Assembly (NCBI GenBank): GCA_003246335.1
Contig: QKAR01000114.1
Location: 920-64,919, forward strand
DNA: 64,000 bases
Origin: Spirochaetales bacterium
Lineage (GTDB): Bacteria > Spirochaetota > Spirochaetia > Treponematales > Treponemataceae
Direction of reading: 5' to 3'
A model generated the notes under the pieces. It had not been told where the DNA came from, ran no database searches, and saw only the letters and a list, made by a program, of their open reading frames with translations. Numbering within the stretch: position 1 is the first letter of the stretch; every line of letters begins with the position of its first letter. Below, piece by piece: positions 17,719-25,198 of the stretch. The translations under genes were made by a program, and so were the position numbers.

Positions 17719-19659
17719 TTACTCGGTTTTCAGCGCGTATTTACCATACCCGGTGTCGAGAAGGCCGAGGAAAGTAATTCCGGAGGGAAGCGCGTCGGCG
17801 CCGAGCGGCGAGGTTTGGAAGACGACGGGGCCGGCGGCCTTGAACGGCGCGAGCGACCAGTTGTCGTCGGCCTTCGGATCGATCTTTCCACGGGAGGCGA
17901 TGTACTTCAGGATAACCTGACGGCTCTCGTCGGGAGAGGAAAGAATGATCTTGCCCGGGTTGACGTTCGGGAAGTTTCCGCCGCCGCCCGCGCGATAGTT
18001 GTTCGTCACGACGACGAATTCCTGCTTGGGATCGATCGGCGCGCCATTATACGAAAGGCCGACGATACGCTCAGAAGCCGCGTCGGCGATCGTACCGTCG
18101 GTGTTGTAACGGGCTTTTTTGGTCACGTCAATCTGATAGGTCACCCCATCGATCACGTCATAGTTGTACGTCGGGAACTTGTCGTTGATGAGGTCCTGCT
18201 CGGCCGTTGCCGTCGGATCGATGCGGTTGAACTGGCCGGCGCTCATTTCGAGCCATTCCTTAACATCCGCGCCGGTGACTTTAATGATGGTCACGGTGTT
18301 CGCGTAGACATAGAGGTCGGCCATGTTCTTGACGGCCAAAGGACCGGCGGGAACGTTCGTGTAGTATTTCGGGCCTTGGCGACCGCCGGCCTTAAACGGG
18401 GCGGCGGCGGACAGGATCGGGAGGCCCGCGTTCGCCGTGCCCTTCAGCGCGGTTTTCGCGTACCAAGACTGCGCTTCGTTGATGATCTGCACGGAATACT
18501 GATCGCGCTCAAGCGCGAAGAAGCTCGTCAGCGGCGCGGTTACCTCGCCCGCGGAGGGGCCGCCGGTGCTCGCGTCGGCGACGATCGGCGCGCGGATATA
18601 GGCGAGCGTCTTCTCGTTCGCGTCCTTCAGGATGTTGACGAGCTCGGGAATCGCCTCATAGTTGCTCTTTTTCGCCGCTGCGTCCCAAACCGGCAAAAGT
18701 TTCGTTTGCGCGTCGACGCGCGTCCATTTGCCGTTTTTAAGCTCGACGGTCAAGTCGATCTCCGCAATATTGTCCGCGAAGCTGTTCGGCATGACGAAGG
18801 GAATGCCGTTGATCAAGCCTTTATCGAGATCGACGCCGGGAAGCGAGGCGAACGCCTTGCTCGGGAATTTCATGTGCGCGTGACCGGTCACGACGGCGTC
18901 GACGCCGGGGATATCGGCGAGATAGGCGCCGGCGTTTTCCTCGCCGCCCTTGCGCGGGAAGGCGGACATGCCGGTATGAGCGAGAAGAACGACGATGTCG
19001 GCGCCTTTTTTCTTCATTTCGGGCACGTATTTCGCGGCCGCGTCGTAGATGTCGACGGTCGAGACTTTTCCGGCGAGGTTTGCGTTGTCCCACTGAATGA
19101 TCTGGGGAGGCGCGAAGCCGGTAACGCCGACTTTGATTACGCGTTCTTTTCCGTCGCGATCCTTGACCGTTTTCTTAATGATGACGTACGGGGTGAAGTA
19201 CGGTTTCAACGACTTGCCCTTCACGACGTTCGCGTTCACCACGGGGAACTTCGCCCCGGAGATAACCGCGTTGAGATACGGAAGGCCAAAGTTGAACTCG
19301 TGGTTGCCGAGCGTCATCGCGTCGTATCCGGCGGCGTTTAAGAGCGTCATGATCGGGCTCGGGTTTTTCTTCGTCGGGAGCGTCTGCGCGAGCACTTCGC
19401 CCATGGGGTTGCCCTGGATGAGGTCGCCGTCATCGAACAGAAGAACGTTTTCTCCCGCGGCGCGGGCGGCGTATACCGGGGCAAGGGCCTTCACGAGACC
19501 GTATTGCTCGTTCGGGGTGTCCGTAAAGTAATCGTAGGGCAAATAGTTGTTATGCACGTCCGAGGTCGCGAATATCTTGATGTCCGCGGTCTGGGCGAAA
19601 CAGGCGGTCGCGGCGGCCAAAAAGGCGACGGCGACGAAAAGCATCCGTTTCATCATCAT
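17719..19659 (-). CDS. cpdB: Periplasmic 2',3'-cyclic-nucleotide 2'-phosphodiesterase / 3'-nucleotidase
   Basis: Signal peptide, ATSDVH, DDGDLIQG, TLGNHEFNFG, LAHTG, GHAH, APFKAGGR, NNYRAGGGGNFP. Confidence 0.93.
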   Translation of the reverse strand: MMMKRMLFVAVAFLAAATACFAQTADIKIFATSDVHNNYLPYDYFTDTPNEQYGLVKALAPVYAARAAGENVLLFDDGDLIQGNPMGEVLAQTLPTKKNPSPIMTLLNAAGYDAMTLGNHEFNFGLPYLNAVISGAKFPVVNANVVKGKSLKPYFTPYVIIKKTVKDRDGKERVIKVGVTGFAPPQIIQWDNANLAGKVSTVDIYDAAAKYVPEMKKKGADIVVLLAHTGMSAFPRKGGEENAGAYLADIPGVDAVVTGHAHMKFPSKAFASLPGVDLDKGLINGIPFVMPNSFADNIAEIDLTVELKNGKWTRVDAQTKLLPVWDAAAKKSNYEAIPELVNILKDANEKTLAYIRAPIVADASTGGPSAGEVTAPLTSFFALERDQYSVQIINEAQSWYAKTALKGTANAGLPILSAAAPFKAGGRQGPKYYTNVPAGPLAVKNMADLYVYANTVTIIKVTGADVKEWLEMSAGQFNRIDPTATAEQDLINDKFPTYNYDVIDGVTYQIDVTKKARYNTDGTIADAASERIVGLSYNGAPIDPKQEFVVVTNNYRAGGGGNFPNVNPGKIILSSPDESRQVILKYIASRGKIDPKADDNWSLAPFKAAGPVVFQTSPLGADALPSGITFLGLLDTGYGKYALKTE

Positions 19660-19736
19660 GAGTCCTCCATAAAAATCTTTTACTACGGCAGTCGCGAGTA
19701 TTATATGTTTTTTATTTTAAAAGTCGATGAGTTCGC

Positions 19737-19771
19737 AAAAAAAACCGCCGGCAAAAGAATATCGCCGGCGG
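19737..19771 (-). terminator. Intrinsic terminator after the GGGtGRT gene
   Basis: CCGCCGGC-11 nt-GCCGGCGG followed by T8 on the minus strand. Confidence 0.85.
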
Positions 19772-19789
19772 ATTGAACAGTTGATGCAT

Positions 19790-19820
19790 TGGAGAATTTC
19801 GCGTAACGCGAAATTCTCCA
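19790..19820. repeat. Perfect 14-bp inverted repeat in the GGGtGRT 3' UTR
   Basis: TGGAGAATTTCGCG-taa-CGCGAAATTCTCCA. Confidence 0.9.
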
Positions 19821-19839
19821 GAAGAAATAAGGCAAAGCC

Positions 19840-20841
19840 TTATTTCTTCATCGCTTCCGAAATCGCGACCGCGACCGAAACGGAGGCGCCAACCATCGGG
19901 TTGTTGCCCATACCGATGAGGCCCATCATCTCGACGTGGGCGGGAACCGAGGAGGAACCCGCGAACTGCGCGTCGGAGTGCATGCGGCCCATGGTGTCGG
20001 TCATGCCGTAGGAAGCGGGACCGGCGGCCATGTTATCGGGATGGAGGGTTCGGCCCGTACCGCCGCCGGAGGCGACTGAGAAGTACTTCTTGCCCTGGTC
20101 GACGGTTTCCTTTTTGTAGGTACCGGCGACGGGATGCTGGAAGCGGGTCGGGTTGGTGGAGTTTCCGGTGATGGAAACGTCGACGCCTTCCTTCCACATG
20201 ATCGCGACGCCTTCGCGGACGTCGTCGGCGCCGTAGCAGCGGACGGCGGCCTTTTCGCCTTCGGAGTACTTATACTCTTTGACGACCTTGAGCTCGCTCG
20301 TATAATAGTCGAATTGGGTCTGCACGTAGGTGAAGCCGTTGATGCGGCTGATGATCTGCGCGGCGTCCTTTCCGAGTCCGTTCAGGCACACCTTGAGCGG
20401 GGTCTTGCGGGCGCGGTTGGCGCTGCGCGCGATACCGATGGCGCCTTCGGCTGCGGCGAAGGATTCGTGACCGGCGAGGAAGCAGAAGCACTTCGTCTCG
20501 TCGGAGAGAAGCATCGCGGCGAGGTTACCGTGACCGAGGCCGACTTTGCGGTCGTCCGCGACGGAACCGGGGATGCAGAACGCCTGGAGGCCCTCGCCGA
20601 GGGTCTTGGCGATGGAGTACGCGTCCTTTTCGCCCTTCTTGATCGCGATCGCGGCGCCCACGATGTAGGCCCACTTCGCGTTCTCGAAGCAGATCGGCTG
20701 GATTTTCGCGACGAGGTCGCCGACGTCGACGCCTTTCGCGAGACAAATGTCGCGGCATTCCTCGACGGAGTTAATGCCGTATTTTTTCAGAACGGGAAGA
20801 ATCTGGTTGATTCTGCGCTCGTAGCTTTCAAACAATGCCAT
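19840..20841 (-). CDS. GGGtGRT family protein (unknown function)
   Basis: MALFESYERRI start, FLAGHESFAAAEGAIG, GNSTNPTRFQHP, SVASGGGTGRTLHPDNM, GRMHSDAQFAGSSSVPAHVEM. Confidence 0.93.
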   Translation of the reverse strand: MALFESYERRINQILPVLKKYGINSVEECRDICLAKGVDVGDLVAKIQPICFENAKWAYIVGAAIAIKKGEKDAYSIAKTLGEGLQAFCIPGSVADDRKVGLGHGNLAAMLLSDETKCFCFLAGHESFAAAEGAIGIARSANRARKTPLKVCLNGLGKDAAQIISRINGFTYVQTQFDYYTSELKVVKEYKYSEGEKAAVRCYGADDVREGVAIMWKEGVDVSITGNSTNPTRFQHPVAGTYKKETVDQGKKYFSVASGGGTGRTLHPDNMAAGPASYGMTDTMGRMHSDAQFAGSSSVPAHVEMMGLIGMGNNPMVGASVSVAVAISEAMKK

Positions 20842-20856
20842 GGTTTTTCCCTCCCC

Positions 20857-21549
20857 TTACTCGTGCCGCGGGTCGATTTGCTTGGCGGCTTCGGCGAAGC
20901 GTCCGTATGAACCCTTAGCCTTCGCGAGCGCCTCGTTGGCGTCGGTGCCCTTCTTGATCGCGTCCATCATTTTTCCGAGGTTTACGAATTCGTAACCGAT
21001 GATCGCGCCTTCTTTGTCGACGCCGATGCGGGTAACGTAGCCTTCGGCGAGCTCGAGGTAGCGGGGTCCTTTCGCCTTGGTGGCGAACATGGTTCCAACC
21101 TGGCTGCGGAGGCCCTTACCGAGGTCTTCGAGGGACGCGCCGACGACGAGACCGCCCTCGGAGAAGGCGGACTGGCTGCGGCCGTAAATGATCTGGAGGA
21201 AAAGCTCGCGCATCGCGGTGTTAATCGCGTCGCAAACGAGGTCGGTATTCATCGCCTCAATGATGGTCTTTCCGATAAGGATCTCGGAAGCCATGGCGGC
21301 GGAATGGGTCATACCGGAGCAGCCGAGCGTCTCGACCAGGGCTTCCTCAATGATGCCTTCCTTAATGTTGAGGGTGAGTTTGCAGGCGCCCTGCTGGGGA
21401 GCGCACCAACCCACGCCGTGGGTGAAACCGGAAATGTCCTTGACTTCCTTCGCCTGCACCCATTTTCCTTCTTCCGGAATCGGGGCCGGGCCGTGGTAAG
21501 CGGCCTTGGCGAGGGGACACATGTGTTCGACTTCTGCCGAATAAACCAT
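20857..21549 (-). CDS. IscU/NifU-N-like protein associated with GGGtGRT
   Basis: HGVGWCAPQQGACKLTL, ETLGCSGMTHS, DLVCDAIN: IscU-like spacing of Cys residues plus a C-terminal extension. Confidence 0.88.
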   Translation of the reverse strand: MVYSAEVEHMCPLAKAAYHGPAPIPEEGKWVQAKEVKDISGFTHGVGWCAPQQGACKLTLNIKEGIIEEALVETLGCSGMTHSAAMASEILIGKTIIEAMNTDLVCDAINTAMRELFLQIIYGRSQSAFSEGGLVVGASLEDLGKGLRSQVGTMFATKAKGPRYLELAEGYVTRIGVDKEGAIIGYEFVNLGKMMDAIKKGTDANEALAKAKGSYGRFAEAAKQIDPRHE

Positions 21550-21651
21550 ATCAGTCTCCTTAAAAAGAGTTTGAAAACCGTGTTAGGGTCAGCTTTTGGG
21601 GAATTGTATAAAAAAAGGGAGATAAAATCTAGGGGGAACGTCGCTTATCGG

Positions 21652-22389
21652 CTATGCCCAATCGATGGCGATGACGCAGCGGTCTTCCCCTTCGGAGAAT
21701 ATCGTATGCGTCGAACGGTTCCCATCCGCGGAGGTAATTACCTCCGCTTGCGCGCCCGGCGCGAGTTCCTTGCGATACTGGGCCGAAAACGTCCTCGGCG
21801 AGCGGCCGAGCGAGAAATCGTGCGGAAGGGAATCGACGGCCCAATTGAGGTAGCTCACGTTATTGACGTGGCCGTTCGTGTCGATGTCGGATGCGGAGCC
21901 GCAAACGGCGCGACGCGAAGGAGCTGCCGAGGCTATCGGGAGCACGTCGGGAATGGCGACGAAATCGGCGTCGAGGACCGACTCTGGGGAAAAACCCGAA
22001 ACTATCGAGTCGGGGACGCGAACCGGACGGCGCCGCTCGGTATCGATGAAAACCCAATTCGACCGCCCCTCGGCGAGCAGGACTCCGTCGGCCGAGACGA
22101 GCGAAAAAACGCGATCGGCGAGGAAGCGCTTGAGTGCATGAACGCCCGTGGAGACCCGTACGGTTTCGCCGAACACCGGCAACGAATGAATCGTGATGGA
22201 CCATTTCATCAGAAGCCACACGCAGTGGTTCTCGGCGTAATACTCGAGCCCGAAACCGCGACTGGCGCTGTGCAGGATAGCCACGTCCTCAAAGTACTTG
22301 ACGAGGGACGGCAACGTAAGCCGCCGATTCGCGTCAACCTCATAATAATGAACGAAATAATCTCGTGAATATTCCATGGTGAACGCCAC
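21652..22389 (-). CDS. Acyl-ACP thioesterase (FatA/FatB-like double hotdog)
   Basis: YYEVD, WLLMKW, WVFID..RRRPVR, DIDTNGHVNNVSYLNW. AGGAG RBS before GTG. Confidence 0.92.
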   Translation of the reverse strand: MAFTMEYSRDYFVHYYEVDANRRLTLPSLVKYFEDVAILHSASRGFGLEYYAENHCVWLLMKWSITIHSLPVFGETVRVSTGVHALKRFLADRVFSLVSADGVLLAEGRSNWVFIDTERRRPVRVPDSIVSGFSPESVLDADFVAIPDVLPIASAAPSRRAVCGSASDIDTNGHVNNVSYLNWAVDSLPHDFSLGRSPRTFSAQYRKELAPGAQAEVITSADGNRSTHTIFSEGEDRCVIAIDWA

Positions 22390-22524
22390 ACTCCTGGCAA
22401 AGATGTCTTTTAAAATATCCCAAACGGGAGAAAACTAACAGACTTTCGACGTTTTTTTTTCATAATTCTCATCACGACCTCATATTTCCCCGCCATTATC
22501 CCAAGCGTGCGAAGGGAGGGAACC

Positions 22525-23589
22525 ATGACGTTAGGAATTGCGATCAACGGAGAGGGCCGCGGTCATTTTACCCGCGCGAGGGCGCTCGCGGAAATCCTTC
22601 GAGAGCGGCACCGCATCGTTTTTTGGGTGCCGGAACATTTGAAAAGAGAGCTCGCCGCGTACTTTCCCGACGCGACGATTTACGCCATTCCCTATCTGAA
22701 ATTCATCCAAAACGGTTTTTCGATCGATTACGTGCGCACGATTTCGGAAAACGCGCTGAACTTTCTTTTCCCCTTTCATATTTGCGATAAAATTCGCAAG
22801 CAACTCCAGACGGAACGCGTCGAGGCCGTGCTTTCCGATTTTGAGCCGTTCTCTTCGCGATCGGCGCGCGCGGCCGGCATTCCCGTCCTGCAGCTTAACC
22901 ATCCCGGCGTCGTGACGCGGGTGAACATTTTCACGCCCGACGCGGTCGCTTCACAGTTCGTATCGCGCTACATGATGTCCTGCGCCGACCGCACCATTAT
23001 TTGCTCGTTTTTCCGCGGCGACGTCGGCCCCATCATCCGCTCGGAGCTTCGCGCCCAACGCGTCAGCCGCGGAGATTATTTCGTCGTGTATATGAAGCCG
23101 ATGTACCGCGACTGCCTTGAGCCGGCGCTTGAGGCTGCGGGTCGCGGGCGGTTCATGGTTTTTCCGGATTACAAGCTTGATTACGCGAAAGCCCTCGCCG
23201 GCTGCGCGGGACTCATCGCCCCGGCGGGGCATCAAAGCATTTCGGAGGCGCTCGCGCTCGGAAAGCCCGTGCTCGCGATTCCGGTCGAGGGTCAATTCGA
23301 GCAGGAACTGAACGCGCGGGAATTGAGGGAGTCGGGCTTCGGCGATTACGCGCGGGCTTCGGAAATCGGCGTCGCCCTCCCCCGCTTCATAAACGAGCTC
23401 GATCGCTTCGAGAACGCGATGGCGGCCTGCAGGATTTCGGGCGGGACCTCGCCGAGCAAGCGGTGGAAATGCGGGGACGAGACGGAACGCGCGGCCGCCC
23501 TCGTCGAAAACTTCATGAACGACGCCCACGCGCTCAACGAAACGAGGAAAAAGGCGGGCGCGTTCCAGGCGCTCTATCGGCTCGGATAA
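22525..23589 (+). CDS. GT-B glycosyltransferase (MJ1255/VC2487-like)
   Basis: INGEGRGHFTRA, VLSDFEP, GPIIR, APAGHQSISEALALGKP..IPVEGQFEQ. Start at ATG 22525 after AGGGAGG. Confidence 0.85.
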   Translation: MTLGIAINGEGRGHFTRARALAEILRERHRIVFWVPEHLKRELAAYFPDATIYAIPYLKFIQNGFSIDYVRTISENALNFLFPFHICDKIRKQLQTERVEAVLSDFEPFSSRSARAAGIPVLQLNHPGVVTRVNIFTPDAVASQFVSRYMMSCADRTIICSFFRGDVGPIIRSELRAQRVSRGDYFVVYMKPMYRDCLEPALEAAGRGRFMVFPDYKLDYAKALAGCAGLIAPAGHQSISEALALGKPVLAIPVEGQFEQELNARELRESGFGDYARASEIGVALPRFINELDRFENAMAACRISGGTSPSKRWKCGDETERAAALVENFMNDAHALNETRKKAGAFQALYRLG

Positions 23590-23704
23590 CCGACTCGCGG
23601 GCGGATAGTCCTGAGATTCGATCCCGACGCATAGTAAAGGATCCGGGAGTCCATTGGCCCTTAGCGGGCTATATGCGCCCGCGGGTTTTCGCTATACTGC
23701 AAAA

Positions 23705-24577
23705 ATGCTTTTCCCTAGAAAACGCGAGAGACCAACCGTCGCGCCCCGATCGTCGGCGCTCGCCGCGATACTCGCCCTAGTCGCGCTCGCGACGGCCTTT
23801 TCGTCGTGCTCGACGGCGGCGGGACTTTCGGGTCAACGGGAACTTGGAGTCGATCGCGTGCGTCGCGTCGAAATACTGCAGCCCGACCTTCCCGACTCGC
23901 TCGACGGATACCGCATCGCGTTCGTTTCGGACATCCACTACCACAATAATTTTTCCCGCGCGCGGCTCGATACCTTGGTCGCCGCTATAAACGAGGAACG
24001 GCCCGATTGCGCGATCGTCGGAGGGGACTTAACGCGCGCAGCGCAAGACATCGAGGGACTCTCTGACGGGCTCGCCCGCCTTGCCGCCCCGGACGGGGTG
24101 TACGCCGTATCCGGGAATCACGATTTTTATAACGACCAGGCGAAAACCTGCGCCGCCCTCCGCGGCCGGGGAATCGTCGTCCTCGACGAAGCCGGCGTCG
24201 TTACCCCGGGAGGCGTCGGCATTCTCGGCATCAATGAATTCCGCGATATTTACCCGGACCTTTCGCGCCTCTACGATACGGTGTCGACCGCGCGTTTCAT
24301 CGTGCTCGCGAACCATGACCCGGATTTCGCCGAGGAAACCGATATGTCCCGGTTCGCCGCGGTACTTTCCGGCCATACCCACGGCGGGCAAATCACTATA
24401 TTCGGGTGGGCGCCGGTCCTCCCTTCCGCGTACGGCCAAAAATACCGAACGGGCACCGTCTATAAGGACGGCACTCCCGTCGTCGTCTCGAACGGGGCGG
24501 GATATGGGGGAAATATTCTCCGTTTCAGATTTTGCGCGCCGTCTGATTTTCTCGTCGTGACCTTGCGAAAGCGATAA
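23705..24577 (+). CDS. Metallophosphoesterase (YkuE-like), probable lipoprotein
   Basis: FSSC lipobox, SDIH, GGD, GNHD, ANHDP, SGHTHGGQ. ATG 23705 lies 6 nt after TATACT. Confidence 0.9.
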   Translation: MLFPRKRERPTVAPRSSALAAILALVALATAFSSCSTAAGLSGQRELGVDRVRRVEILQPDLPDSLDGYRIAFVSDIHYHNNFSRARLDTLVAAINEERPDCAIVGGDLTRAAQDIEGLSDGLARLAAPDGVYAVSGNHDFYNDQAKTCAALRGRGIVVLDEAGVVTPGGVGILGINEFRDIYPDLSRLYDTVSTARFIVLANHDPDFAEETDMSRFAAVLSGHTHGGQITIFGWAPVLPSAYGQKYRTGTVYKDGTPVVVSNGAGYGGNILRFRFCAPSDFLVVTLRKR

Positions 24578-24588
24578 TCGGGCCGACG

Positions 24589-25185
24589 CTAGTCCCTCAC
24601 GACGAGCGCTGACCGACCCGATGAAAGATCGCGCACGCGGTCGGACAATTGCGCAAGATGCCGCTCCTCCACGCGCGCCGTAACCGAGACGCGCTCGGCG
24701 AAATCCTCGGAGACGATTTCGGCGCCGACGGCGCAAAGCTCGTTTCGCACCGGCTCGTAAATATCGTAGCCGACGTCCGCAGTCACTTGGACGCGCGCGA
24801 GGATTTCGCGGGAAGTCGCCGCCGCGACCGCCGCCTTCGCGGAATCGCCGTAGGCTTTCACGAGACCGCCGGTACCGAGCAAGGTGCCGCCGAACCAACG
24901 GGTAACCGTCAACAGCACGTCGGTAAGACCCGAGCCCTTCAGCACGTCAAGCGCGGGGCGACCGGCCGTGCCCGAGGGCTCGCCGTCGTCCGAACAGCCA
25001 AGAATGCCGCCGGTCGGGCCGACGACGAAGGCGTGCACCACGTGCGCCGCGTCGGCGTATCCGAGCTTCCGCTCCTTAATGACGGCGCGCGCCTCCTCCG
25101 CCGAGGATACCGGGCAAAGCTCCGCGAGGAATCGGGAATTTTTCACGTTGAGCTCGCTCACGACCGGGGAGAGTATTTCTTTCAC
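24589..25185 (-). CDS. YigZ/IMPACT family protein
   Basis: VKNSRF, HVVHAF, SDDGEPSGTAGRP, TRWFGGTLLGTGGLVKAY. Confidence 0.95.
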   Translation of the reverse strand: MKEILSPVVSELNVKNSRFLAELCPVSSAEEARAVIKERKLGYADAAHVVHAFVVGPTGGILGCSDDGEPSGTAGRPALDVLKGSGLTDVLLTVTRWFGGTLLGTGGLVKAYGDSAKAAVAAATSREILARVQVTADVGYDIYEPVRNELCAVGAEIVSEDFAERVSVTARVEERHLAQLSDRVRDLSSGRSALVVRD

Positions 25186-25198
25186 GGAGCGAGCCCGG

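Noticed and set aside
17815-19341. 508-aa ORF antisense to cpdB; likewise 34546-35988 (parE), 41111-42487 (asnS/dac), 39543-40577 (gltA), 57267-58571 (TPM genes), 32064-33185 (parC), 21304-22368
   Set aside because: Each is fully explained as an antisense or alternate frame of a well-supported gene and has no recognisable domain.
20857-21549. Calling the IscU-like gene a standard iscU/nifU scaffold
   Set aside because: It has extra N- and C-terminal regions, lacks the usual NPxCGD context, and has no neighbouring desulfurase; left without a gene symbol.
23590-23690. Possible multi-stem RNA (GACTC/GAGTC, GATCC/GGATC stems) between the glycosyltransferase and phosphoesterase genes
   Set aside because: Stems are short, match no riboswitch signature I recognise, and lie upstream of the predicted -10 so would not be in the leader. 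An Rfam/covariance search would be needed.
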